From: Melioribacteraceae bacterium
GTDB taxonomy: Bacteria; Bacteroidota; Ignavibacteria; Ignavibacteriales; Melioribacteraceae
Length of the DNA stretch: 64,000 nt
Reading direction: 5' to 3'
Assembly (NCBI GenBank): GCA_016927595.1
Contig: JAFGMI010000017.1
Location: forward strand, 537 to 64,536
Both the position numbers and the translations under genes were made by a program. The notes beneath the pieces are model-generated. The model was not told the origin of the DNA and did not search any database. It saw only the letters and a list, made by a program, of their open reading frames with translations. How positions within the stretch are numbered: the first letter of the stretch is position 1; every line of letters begins with the position of its first letter. Shown one piece after another: positions 36,955 through 46,844 of the stretch.

Positions 36955-39642
36955 TTATGAAAACATTGGATTAGGTTTTTCCGTATTTATATTTAAGTCT
37001 TTTAATGCTTTTTTTAGTAAATCGGATTTTAGAGTGCCTTCCTTAACCAGTGAATACAAAGTCGCATAGACAATATGCTTGGCATCAACTTCGAAGAAGT
37101 CGCGCAGACTTTCTCTGCTCTCGCTTCTGCCGAAGCCGAATGTACCCAGGGTTCTAAGCGGACCCGGAAGCCATTTGGAAATAGAATCTCCAAGGATCTG
37201 AACATAATCCAAAGCGGATATAAACACACCTTTTTCACTCTTTGTGATATCCGCGACATAAGGGGTTCTGGGTTTACGATCGGGATTCATCATGTTCCAT
37301 CTGTCAGCTGCCAGAGCATCAAGATGAAGATTCTTATAACTCGTTACACTCCAAACATCTACAGCTACACCATAATCTTTTTCCAGTATATCTCTGGCTT
37401 TTATCACTTCATTTAATATTGTTCCGCTTCCCAAAAGATGTGCTTTTGTCTTAGCCGATTTCTTTTTCGAAGCATGAAGTTTGTACATGCCTTTCAGAAT
37501 TCCTTCTTTTATCTCCTTTGATTCCGGCATCGCGGGCTGAGCATAATTCTCATTCATAACGGTAATATAATAGAACACATTTTCCTGCTTCTCGTACATC
37601 CTGTAAATACCGTCGCGGATAATTACAGCCAGCTCGTATGCATATGCAGGATCGTATGCAATACATGTGGGAATCGTATATGCAAGCAGATGACTGTTGC
37701 CATCCTGATGCTGTAAACCCTCTCCGGCGAGTGTTGTTCTTCCGGCAGTTGCACCTATAATAAATCCTTTAACTCTCATATCAGCTGCTGCCCAGGCAAG
37801 ATCTCCGATGCGTTGAAAACCGAACATTGAGTAGAATGAGAAGAAAGGTATCATGTTAATTCCATGGGTAGCGTAAGCAGTACCGGCTGCATTGAATGAT
37901 GACATTGAGCCCGCTTCCGTAATACCTTCTTCAAGTATCTGACCGTTCTTCGCTTCCTTATAATAGAGTAAACTATCTCTATCGACGGGTTCATACAATT
38001 GTCCGGCGTGCGAATAAATTCCGACCTGACGGAACAAAGCCTCCATGCCGAAAGTTCTCGCTTCATCAGGTACAATAGGAACAATTAGTTTACCCACCTC
38101 GTTATCCTTCAACAACTTGGTTAGAATTCTAACATATACCATAGTAGTTGAAACTTCACGACCATCAGTGCCTTTGTAAAATTCTTCAAATAATTCTTCG
38201 GAAGGTGTTTGAAGAGGGGCGGCTTTAACAACCCTTTTCGGCACATATCCGCCCAGAACTTTTCGTCTTTCTTTGAGGTAGCGTATTTCGGCACTGTCTT
38301 CCGCCGGTTTATAAAAAGGAGCATTTGCAACATCATCATCCGAAATTGGTATTCCGAATCTTGTTCTGAATTCTCTCAACTCATCTTCGTTCAATTTTTT
38401 CTGTTGATGAGTGATGTTTTTTCCTTCACCGGCTTCACCCAATCCGTAGCCTTTTACAGTCCTGGCAAGTATCACTGTAGGTGCGCCTTTATGTTCGACA
38501 GCAAATTTATAAGCGGTGTAAACTTTTTCAGGATCGTGACCTCCCCGCTTCATCTTCGCAATTTGTTCATCCGACAGGTTCTCCACAAGTTTTAATAACT
38601 CGGGATATTTACCGAAGAAATGATTTCTTGTGTAATTTCCGTCCTCAACAATATACTTCTGCGATTCACCGTCGATGTTTTCGTCCATGCGTTTAATTAA
38701 AAGTCCGGATTTGTCGTTCTCAAGAAGCTCATCCCAATCCGATCCCCAGATGACCTTAATTACATTCCAACCGGCGCCTCTGAAAACTGCTTCAAGTTCC
38801 TGGACAATGTTGCCGTTTCCTCTGACAGGTCCGTCAAGTCTCTGGAGGTTACAATTAATAACAAATATCAGGTTATCGAGCTTTTCCCTGACAGCGAGTG
38901 AAATTGCCCCGAGTGTTTCGGGTTCGTCGGTTTCGCCGTCACCCAGGAATGCCCATACTTTTGATTCGCTTGGGCGTTTTAATCCGCGGTCCTCCAGGTA
39001 TCTGTTAAATCTGGCCTGATAAATCGCCATTATAGGTCCGAGACCCATTGATACTGTAGGAAATTCCCAGAAATCGGGCATAAGCCACGGATGGGGATAT
39101 GATGATAATCCTCCGCCAGGTGCAAGTTCCCGCCTGAAATTCTCGAGCTGTTCTACTGTGAGCCTGCCTTCGAGAAAAGCCCTGGCATAAATTCCAGGTG
39201 CCGCATGACCCTGGAAGTAGATTTGATCACCATCAAAATTATCATCTTTGCCGCGGAAGAAATGATTGAAAGCTACCTCATACAAAGTGGCGGCTGAAGC
39301 GTAAGTAGAAATATGTCCTCCTATACCTGCTGAATGTTTGTTGGCGCGAACCACCATCGCCATAGCATTCCAACGTATAAGGCTTTTAATTCGTCTTTCG
39401 ATTTCGCGACCACCCGGGTATTTAGGCTGTTTATGCCGGGGAACCGTATTTATATATGGAGTATTGGCGGTAAACGGCAGATCAACCCCGGCTTCGTGAG
39501 CATATGTATCAAGCTCCTGAAGCAGAGCGCGCACTCTTTCGGGTCCGCTTTCCTGGAGAACATATTCAAGTGATTCAAGCCACTCTTTGTTCTCCAGTTC
39601 CTCAATTTCACTTAATCCATTATTCTTTTTCTCTTCCATCAC
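36955..39642 (-). CDS. aceE: pyruvate dehydrogenase E1 component, homodimeric AceE type
   Basis: 895 aa, with the GDGE.DEPE ThDP motif region (FLGDGETDEPETLGA) and AceE-typical length and layout. Confidence 0.95.
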   Translation of the reverse strand: MMEEKKNNGLSEIEELENKEWLESLEYVLQESGPERVRALLQELDTYAHEAGVDLPFTANTPYINTVPRHKQPKYPGGREIERRIKSLIRWNAMAMVVRANKHSAGIGGHISTYASAATLYEVAFNHFFRGKDDNFDGDQIYFQGHAAPGIYARAFLEGRLTVEQLENFRRELAPGGGLSSYPHPWLMPDFWEFPTVSMGLGPIMAIYQARFNRYLEDRGLKRPSESKVWAFLGDGETDEPETLGAISLAVREKLDNLIFVINCNLQRLDGPVRGNGNIVQELEAVFRGAGWNVIKVIWGSDWDELLENDKSGLLIKRMDENIDGESQKYIVEDGNYTRNHFFGKYPELLKLVENLSDEQIAKMKRGGHDPEKVYTAYKFAVEHKGAPTVILARTVKGYGLGEAGEGKNITHQQKKLNEDELREFRTRFGIPISDDDVANAPFYKPAEDSAEIRYLKERRKVLGGYVPKRVVKAAPLQTPSEELFEEFYKGTDGREVSTTMVYVRILTKLLKDNEVGKLIVPIVPDEARTFGMEALFRQVGIYSHAGQLYEPVDRDSLLYYKEAKNGQILEEGITEAGSMSSFNAAGTAYATHGINMIPFFSFYSMFGFQRIGDLAWAAADMRVKGFIIGATAGRTTLAGEGLQHQDGNSHLLAYTIPTCIAYDPAYAYELAVIIRDGIYRMYEKQENVFYYITVMNENYAQPAMPESKEIKEGILKGMYKLHASKKKSAKTKAHLLGSGTILNEVIKARDILEKDYGVAVDVWSVTSYKNLHLDALAADRWNMMNPDRKPRTPYVADITKSEKGVFISALDYVQILGDSISKWLPGPLRTLGTFGFGRSESRESLRDFFEVDAKHIVYATLYSLVKEGTLKSDLLKKALKDLNINTEKPNPMFS

Positions 39643-39761
39643 ACTTCCTTAATTATTCTCAAAATTTATTAGAATCTCGGTGAATCAGATCTTCAGTGCT
39701 ATTTGAATGCAAACTTACAAAAAAATCGGTAAAATTTTTCATCATCATAAAATATTGTAAG

Positions 39762-39776
39762 ATGACCGATCGTCAT
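39762..39776. promoter_or_regulatory. inverted repeat ATGAC-N5-GTCAT upstream of aceE (candidate operator)
   Basis: ATGAC (39762-39766) and GTCAT (39772-39776) flank CGATC. It lies ~120 nt upstream of the aceE start. Confidence 0.25.
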
Positions 39777-39869
39777 ATATTGTTTTCCAATCAATTTCAT
39801 GACTATTTCTTATATCTTGCTTAATAAAGTATGCTCTAAGAATGCAAAAAACATACTTAGCTATGACGA

Positions 39870-40727
39870 TTATTTGAATATGATATATTTTTGCGGCTGA
39901 CTGATTCCGGGTATGGTGCTAAACAAACCATAAAGTGAGAACAGTTCGAGTGAAAAGGGTAAATAACCGATAAACCCGAGTAAAGGCATCTCAAAAACAT
40001 GAAGAAAGTTTACGAATGGAGCATCATAAATCCATTTCGGAAACGAATAATAATTCCACATTTCCCAGAATACACCGCAAATTAACGTTCCAGCAAATAA
40101 ATTAAGTACTGGTACCCAGTTGCCATGTCTTAAATAATCAAGCAGACTCACCCGTTTTAGGAGAACATTAATTGGTTCAACAATGAGAAAAACTGTTCCC
40201 CAGACGAAAGGATAGAAGTACTTGGGAAAGGAAAGAATCAGGAACAACATAGTGATACCCGCAATGAACATGATGATCAGAACGGTTATACTCTTGTGTA
40301 TAATTATTCCGAGATTGATTTTTGAGAAAAGTTTAAAGGAAGCTATGAGTTCAACTGTTCCGAATACTGCAGGCATTACTGTTGAAAAGCTTAAAGTTGC
40401 CAGCATGGCATATTCCAGATCTGAAAAATACTCCCGTCCTATGTATATCCAGTTATGTGTTACAGTATTAAACAACTCGAAAATCCACCATGACGGTGCA
40501 GATAAAATGAACAGCATAATAAAATATTTTTTGTTTCGGCTGAATAGTGAAGAGCTTGTTCTGATGTAAGTTAATGAATCTACAACAAGACAATAACCCA
40601 GCCACATCGGGAAAAACCCCAGGTGTGTTCTTAATCCTTCAGCGGACCAATTAATAAACCAGAATACGACGATTAGCAGTAATCCTATCCATCCTCGCAT
40701 GGGAAAAGTATAAATAAGCCGGTTCAT
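39870..40727 (-). CDS. polytopic membrane protein of unknown function with an internal duplication
   Basis: 285 aa with about 8 hydrophobic segments. The two halves share F(F/Y)P..WG...(30-40 aa)...(F/W)E(L/M)(F/W)N.....(N/K)WIY. Confidence 0.6.
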   Translation of the reverse strand: MNRLIYTFPMRGWIGLLLIVVFWFINWSAEGLRTHLGFFPMWLGYCLVVDSLTYIRTSSSLFSRNKKYFIMLFILSAPSWWIFELFNTVTHNWIYIGREYFSDLEYAMLATLSFSTVMPAVFGTVELIASFKLFSKINLGIIIHKSITVLIIMFIAGITMLFLILSFPKYFYPFVWGTVFLIVEPINVLLKRVSLLDYLRHGNWVPVLNLFAGTLICGVFWEMWNYYSFPKWIYDAPFVNFLHVFEMPLLGFIGYLPFSLELFSLYGLFSTIPGISQPQKYIIFK

Positions 40728-40748
40728 TTTAATTGTGTTCGTTCTGAT

Positions 40749-43700
40749 TTATAAAATTTCTTTTGACTCAAGTGTTAAATTAGTAATCCGCGTACAAAAT
40801 TCAATCAGATAATTAAGAGAATCCTCCGGTGTCTCGAATTTATTCTTCATTTCTAATTTCATCAGGTCTTTGTCCTGTTTGAATTTTATATCCCTGGAAT
40901 GATGTCTCATTATATACTGCATAAGATTGGGAAATGCATTTTTGTAAAATTCCTCTTTTTCTGCTTTAGGCAGAAAAATGATTATTAAATCATCTTTAAT
41001 AACTATCCTTTCAAGCAAACCAAGTGAAGCGGAAAATCTTAATTTTGCTGCAAGTATCAATCTGTCAACCATTCGGGGAGGCTTACCGTACCTATCGAAC
41101 ATTTCATCTAGAATTTCATCGATCTCTTCAATCTTAATGATGGAGAATAGTGCAGTATAAAAGCTGAGTCTGTCTGCCTGGTCGGGCATATAATTTTTAG
41201 GAATACCAATTTCAAAGTAAGTATCAATTATTGGGGAGGAGCGTTCCGCTGCTTTGGGCAGGTCTTTGAATTCATTCTTAAACTCACTCTGTTTTAGTTC
41301 CTCAACTGCTTCATCGAGCATTTTAACGTACAGATCAAATCCTACAGAATCGATCGCCCCGCTTTGTTCGGTTCCCAGCAAATTTCCGGCACCTCGTATT
41401 TCCAGATCGCGCATAGACAGGTTGAATCCCTCACCCAGATCGTCATACTCCTCGATAGCTGCGAGTCTTCGCACAGCCTTTTTTGTTATCGTGTTGAGCG
41501 AAGGGACAAGCAGGTAAGCATATGCCTGCCTGTCGGAACGTCCCACTCGTCCGCGCAGCTGATGAAGTTCTGCCAGTCCGAATCTGTCCGCACGGTTTAT
41601 GATTATTGTATTAACATTTGGAATATCAAGTCCCGATTCAATTATTTTTGTAGCTATAAGAACGTGAGATTTTTTTGCAAGGAAGTCGTGTATAACCTTC
41701 TCAAGCTGTGATGGTTTCATCTGTCCGTGTGCGACCGCAATTTTCAATTCGGGAATATAGCGCTGCAGGTAAGCTGCAATCTTATCTATGGACTGAACCC
41801 TGTCGTGCACAAAATATACCTGTCCGTCGCGCGTGATTTCCTGAATTATCCACTCCCGTATTTTTACGATGTCGAACGTCTCTACCTTTGTGTAGATAGG
41901 AATCCTGTTGGGAGGCGGGGTTGCAATAATGGAAAGATCCCTGGCGCCGAGCAGCGACATATTAAGCGTTCTTGGAATTGGTGTGGCTGTTAGTGTTAAA
42001 GTATCGACATCAGTTCGCATCGATCTGAGCTTCTCCTTGTGCATAACTCCGAAACGGTGTTCTTCATCAATAACTAACAGTCCGAGATCCTTGAATTTAA
42101 CGTCATTCGACAACAGCCTATGTGTTCCGATTACGATATCTGTTTCTCCGGACTCAAGGCGTTTAATAATTTCTGACTGTTCTTTTTTCGTAGCAAAACG
42201 CGATAGTGCATCTACGCGGACGGGAAACTGTGCCAGGCGGTCTTTAAAAGTATTATAATGTTGTTCAGCGAGTATTGTAGTAGGAACCAGCAGAGCTACC
42301 TGCTTATTGTCGTTAACGGCTTTGAAGGCAGCCCGTACTGCAATTTCAGTTTTGCCGAAACCGACATCACCGCATACCAGTCTGTCCATAGGGTTTTCAT
42401 TCTGCATATCGTTTTTTACTTCATCCGATACCTTCGCCTGGTCTACTGTATCCTCATACATGAAGGAAGCTTCAAGTTCTTTCTGCCAGATAGTATCTTC
42501 GTTGAACTGAAATCCTTTAATGGCTTTACGCTTCGCATACAATTCTATCAACTGGCGGGCAGCATCCATTATTTTGGATTTGACTTTTTTCTTTGTTGTT
42601 TTCCATTCGTTGTTTTTAAGATTGGTTAACTTTGGTGTTATTTCTTCGTTGGATGAAAACTTTTTAACCAAAGCCAGATAATTCAGATTTACATAAACAA
42701 CATCTCCTTCGGCGTAAAGGATTTTAATGCTTTCCTGCTGCGTCATACCGATGTTAATGGTTTCCAATCCTGCGTATCTGCTGATGCCGAAATTTTCATG
42801 AACTACAAAATCTCCGTGCTTTAAAGATGCAAGATCTCTTGCTCTCGACTTTTTATACTTTTTCTTTGATGAAATTTTGGTACGGTAAGGTTTATTGAAT
42901 ATTTCATAGTCAGTAAACAAAACAAATTTTTCATCCCTTGATACGAAGCCTTTCTTAATTGCGAGGTCAATAATATTTATAAGTTTTGCATCAATAAGAT
43001 TTCCGAGTGACGGGTCAAGTTCCGAGAGCAGATCCTCAAGCCGTTTGACCTGAAGTTCGTTTTCGGCTGAAATGAAAATCGTATAGTTCTTCTTGGCGTA
43101 ATTCAGCAGCACACCAGCGAGTATTTGAAAATTTGAATTGATTGCCGGAGTTGCATGTAAGCCAAGGTCGAATTTGTTTTCTGAATTCCTCACCTCTTCC
43201 TGTATTAACCAAAAGGCATTCTGATTAAATAAATCCTCATGATTTTTTCCTGCAGTTGCACCGGGTTCTTTTAATGTTATTTGCTCCGATTTATCATTAT
43301 CAGCACCATCAAAAATTTCTTCTTTCAGTTCCTCATCAATATCTATCATAATATCCTGAGAAGGCTCAGCATTATCTTTAAATAGATCATTCAACTGGGA
43401 TTGAGATGTTACGATAAGAGGGTTATTAAGATAGTCGAATATTGTAGATGTAAATTCGGAATTTATTTCCGATTCAACCTGTGATGCCACGGTTACTTTA
43501 TCGACCTTAAAAGACGAACGCTGACTCTCTGCATCGAAATATCTGATTGACTCGAGAAAATCGCCGTCGAACTCAAGTCTGCAAGGCTGTTTTTCACTAT
43601 ATGACCAGAAATCGATTATGGAGCCTCTTACTGCAAAGTCGCCGGGGCTTTCCACAAACTTATCACGTGAATAATTGGAGATAGTCAAGTAATCAATTAT

Positions 43701-44126
43701 ATCTTCATATGTAAGGCTTCCGCCTATCTCAAGCGTTGTTGTATTTTCTTTAATCTTATCTCTTGATGGTAAATTGTGCAGCAATATACTTCCCGTAGTC
43801 AATATTATAAAACCTTCCCTGCTGCTTATATCGGTAAGTTTTTCCTGCAGCACGTCGAATGAAAAATCGTCAACAGTTATAATAAATTCTGCCAGTCCCA
43901 GTATACTGAACTCAACCATTAATTCGTTAACTCTTTGCTGATTGTCGGCAATTACAACAAGTTGCCGGAATGAATTTTTCAGTATTTGAATAACAAGAGG
44001 TAAAGATGAACCGGGCAGAGCAGTAATGTATTGTCTGTTGTTTTCAGGAAAAGTATTAGTGATGCGAAGTTGGAGAGAAGAAATTTTTTCAAATTTGGAA
44101 AATACTTTATGTAAATCTGCTGCCAT
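40749..44126 (-). CDS. mfd: transcription-repair coupling factor
   Basis: 1125 aa. It has a UvrB-homology N-region, the RNAP-interacting domain (HGDFVVHENFGISRY), SF2 helicase motifs (GDVGFGKTE, DEEHRFG, TATPIPRT, QLRGRVGR) and a TRG region. Confidence 0.95.
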   Translation of the reverse strand: MAADLHKVFSKFEKISSLQLRITNTFPENNRQYITALPGSSLPLVIQILKNSFRQLVVIADNQQRVNELMVEFSILGLAEFIITVDDFSFDVLQEKLTDISSREGFIILTTGSILLHNLPSRDKIKENTTTLEIGGSLTYEDIIDYLTISNYSRDKFVESPGDFAVRGSIIDFWSYSEKQPCRLEFDGDFLESIRYFDAESQRSSFKVDKVTVASQVESEINSEFTSTIFDYLNNPLIVTSQSQLNDLFKDNAEPSQDIMIDIDEELKEEIFDGADNDKSEQITLKEPGATAGKNHEDLFNQNAFWLIQEEVRNSENKFDLGLHATPAINSNFQILAGVLLNYAKKNYTIFISAENELQVKRLEDLLSELDPSLGNLIDAKLINIIDLAIKKGFVSRDEKFVLFTDYEIFNKPYRTKISSKKKYKKSRARDLASLKHGDFVVHENFGISRYAGLETINIGMTQQESIKILYAEGDVVYVNLNYLALVKKFSSNEEITPKLTNLKNNEWKTTKKKVKSKIMDAARQLIELYAKRKAIKGFQFNEDTIWQKELEASFMYEDTVDQAKVSDEVKNDMQNENPMDRLVCGDVGFGKTEIAVRAAFKAVNDNKQVALLVPTTILAEQHYNTFKDRLAQFPVRVDALSRFATKKEQSEIIKRLESGETDIVIGTHRLLSNDVKFKDLGLLVIDEEHRFGVMHKEKLRSMRTDVDTLTLTATPIPRTLNMSLLGARDLSIIATPPPNRIPIYTKVETFDIVKIREWIIQEITRDGQVYFVHDRVQSIDKIAAYLQRYIPELKIAVAHGQMKPSQLEKVIHDFLAKKSHVLIATKIIESGLDIPNVNTIIINRADRFGLAELHQLRGRVGRSDRQAYAYLLVPSLNTITKKAVRRLAAIEEYDDLGEGFNLSMRDLEIRGAGNLLGTEQSGAIDSVGFDLYVKMLDEAVEELKQSEFKNEFKDLPKAAERSSPIIDTYFEIGIPKNYMPDQADRLSFYTALFSIIKIEEIDEILDEMFDRYGKPPRMVDRLILAAKLRFSASLGLLERIVIKDDLIIIFLPKAEKEEFYKNAFPNLMQYIMRHHSRDIKFKQDKDLMKLEMKNKFETPEDSLNYLIEFCTRITNLTLESKEIL

Positions 44127-44381
44127 ATTCTATTATACTCTTTAAAATAAATGTATGAAACCCTCACAAGAAGCGGGGCTTGCTATCTCAAAATTAGTTG
44201 AATAGGACATCACAAACAAATTATGTATAAGGGAAAATTTAAGATTGATGCTATAAGAAAGCAGAATTATTCATATCGGATTATTACTATAAATGTACAA
44301 ATATTATTACCTATTTAAATCCTGCATAATTTGTGTTATTTTAATCAAACAAAATGTTTTCAAACCTATGGAGCCTGCGTT

Positions 44382-46841
44382 ATGTCTTACCTTAAAGCGA
44401 AAAAACATATTGAACTCAAACCTGAAGATTTAAAATGGACATGCAGCCCCGAGAATTTCGATTTCGATACTACTGAAGAATTAAAACCTATCGAGGGAAT
44501 TATAGGGCAGGAACGTGCGATGAAAGCACTTAAACTGGGCGTGGATTTGCGGAGCCAGGGCTACAACATTTTTATTACCGGTCTATCGGGTACCGGCAAG
44601 CTGACTACAGTTAAGAAGATGCTCGAGAAAATAAGTCCTGAGTGCCCGGAAATTTTCGACTATGCTTTTGTGAATAATTTTGATGATGAAGACCAACCGA
44701 TATTGTTAAAATTCAAAGCGGGTAAAGCTAGCAAATTTAAACGTGATATGGGGAATTCAATCCAGTTTCTGCAGGAAAATATACCTCAGGTGCTCGAATC
44801 GGAATTATTTCTGCAACAAAAGAAAAAAATGATCGAAAGCTACGGACAGTCGCAGCAGGCACTCTTAAACGAATTTGAAAAGAAACTCAATAAAGACAAT
44901 TTTGCCCTGGGACAGGTTAAAGTGGGCGAAATGGCGCGACCAGAGATTCTTGTGATGATAGAAAACAAACCTGTTTTTATTCAGCAGCTGGATGAACTGG
45001 TAATGAATAAAAAAATTACGAAACGAAACGCTCAGAATATTACAAAAAAATATGCAGCATATCAGGAGGAAATGCAGCAGCTGTTCAGAAAAAGTCTTCA
45101 GCTGAATCAGCAGTTCAAAGATAAGGTAAAGGACCTGGAAACAAGCGAAGTAACACACATTGTTAATGCAACATTCGACCATCTCAAGTCAACATATGCA
45201 AATAAAAAGGTTACTCAGTACATCGAAAACGTGGTAAAAAATATTCTTGATAATCTGGATGTGTTCAAAGGACACAGACCTACCAGGGAAGAAACGGATG
45301 AAGGTGTTCTTGTCGACTATTTGAAAGAGTACGAAATAAATGTCGTGCTCGATAATACAAAAGTAAAAGCCTGCCCTGTAATTATAGAAACGTCGCCCAC
45401 AATGAGCAACCTTTTCGGCGCCATTGAAAAATTCAGTGACGGCAGGGGAGGGTGGTATGCCGATTTTACAAGGATAAAAGCCGGATCGCTGTTAAGGGCA
45501 AACGGCGGCTATATTGTAATAAATGCAATGGATGCGTTTTCCGAACCGGGAGTATGGCGGACTCTTAAAAGGGTTTTATTATACGGAAAACTCGAGATAC
45601 AGGACGCAACTAATTACTACCAGTTTCAACCGAGTGTCCTGAAGCCGGAAGCTATTGATGTTGATACTAAAGTCCTGTTCATCGGCAGCAACTATATATT
45701 TTCGCTTCTTTCATCATATGAAGATGACTTCAACAAAATATTTAAGGTGAAAGCAGAATTTGATTATGAAATGAAACGAACGGAGCATACTCTTCTTGAA
45801 TATGCGAAAGTTATTAAAAAGCTTGTTCAGACTGAAGGGTTGCTGGAATTTGATTCGGGCGCTATTGCAAAAACAATCGAGTACGCTGCAAGATATGCAG
45901 GCGAAAAGGAAAAGCTCACAACCAGGTTTGCTTATATAGCCGATCTGGCGCGCGAATCCTGTTTCTGGGCGAGGGATAACGGCGATAGAATAGTAAGCGA
46001 TTATCATGTAATTCAGGCTTATGAAGCTGCCCGTGAACGCCACGGACTTTATGAATCGAAGGTCGCCGAAATGATGCAAGACGGAACAATACTTATAGAT
46101 ACCGATGGTGTGCGTATAGGACAGATAAACGGACTTGCAGTATACGGCGGGGATCATTATTCATTTGGAAAACCTACCAGGATTACAGCTTCGGTTTCGC
46201 TGGGAACCGGAAACATAATAAATGTGGAACGCGAAGCCGGTTTAAGCGGAAGCACTCATAATAAAGGGGTATTGATTATCTCGGGATACTTCAAGGAAAC
46301 TTTCGGGCAGAATATTCCATTGTCGTTTAATGCCAGTCTGGTTTTCGAACAGGGCTATGGAATGATAGACGGCGACAGTGCATCGATAACAGAAATATGT
46401 GCGCTCTTATCGTGTCTTTCAGGACTTCCGCTCAGACAGAATTTTGCAATCACGGGATCAGTAAATCAGAAGGGAGATATCCAACCAATAGGAGGAGTTA
46501 ATGAGAAGATAGAAGGATTTTATGATGTTTGTAAAAAGAAGGGATTGAATAAGAAACAAGGAGTAATAATACCGGAACAAAATGTAAAAGATCTGATGTT
46601 GAAAGATGAAATTACAGAATCGGTTTCAAAAGGAGAATTTCATATATATCCGGTTAGAAGAGTGGAAGAAGCAATCGAAATTTTCACAGGTATAAAGGCT
46701 GGAGGAAAAACCAAGTCCGGAAAATATGAAATCAATACTGTTTTCGGACTGGTGGAAAAGAAGCTGATTGAAATGAAGAAAAAGAGCAAACCGCCCGAGA
46801 AGGCTACGGTGAAAAGGAAACAGAGAAAAACAAAAAAATAA
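44382..46841 (+). CDS. Lon-like ATP-dependent protease (AAA_32-type ATPase with long helical insertion, plus S16 Lon C-terminal protease domain)
   Basis: GQERAMKAL.LG......GYNIFITGLSGTGK Walker A, a ~200-aa coiled-coil-like insertion, and a protease domain with GDSAS (Ser) and GGVNEKIEG (Lys) dyad positions. The ATG at 44382 follows GGAG. Confidence 0.85.
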   Translation: MSYLKAKKHIELKPEDLKWTCSPENFDFDTTEELKPIEGIIGQERAMKALKLGVDLRSQGYNIFITGLSGTGKLTTVKKMLEKISPECPEIFDYAFVNNFDDEDQPILLKFKAGKASKFKRDMGNSIQFLQENIPQVLESELFLQQKKKMIESYGQSQQALLNEFEKKLNKDNFALGQVKVGEMARPEILVMIENKPVFIQQLDELVMNKKITKRNAQNITKKYAAYQEEMQQLFRKSLQLNQQFKDKVKDLETSEVTHIVNATFDHLKSTYANKKVTQYIENVVKNILDNLDVFKGHRPTREETDEGVLVDYLKEYEINVVLDNTKVKACPVIIETSPTMSNLFGAIEKFSDGRGGWYADFTRIKAGSLLRANGGYIVINAMDAFSEPGVWRTLKRVLLYGKLEIQDATNYYQFQPSVLKPEAIDVDTKVLFIGSNYIFSLLSSYEDDFNKIFKVKAEFDYEMKRTEHTLLEYAKVIKKLVQTEGLLEFDSGAIAKTIEYAARYAGEKEKLTTRFAYIADLARESCFWARDNGDRIVSDYHVIQAYEAARERHGLYESKVAEMMQDGTILIDTDGVRIGQINGLAVYGGDHYSFGKPTRITASVSLGTGNIINVEREAGLSGSTHNKGVLIISGYFKETFGQNIPLSFNASLVFEQGYGMIDGDSASITEICALLSCLSGLPLRQNFAITGSVNQKGDIQPIGGVNEKIEGFYDVCKKKGLNKKQGVIIPEQNVKDLMLKDEITESVSKGEFHIYPVRRVEEAIEIFTGIKAGGKTKSGKYEINTVFGLVEKKLIEMKKKSKPPEKATVKRKQRKTKK

Positions 46842-46844
46842 ATT

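Noticed and set aside
40978-42629. Series of 60-123-aa plus-strand ORFs
   Set aside because: All lie inside the mfd coding region on the opposite strand. mfd motifs are continuous across them, so they are shadow ORFs.
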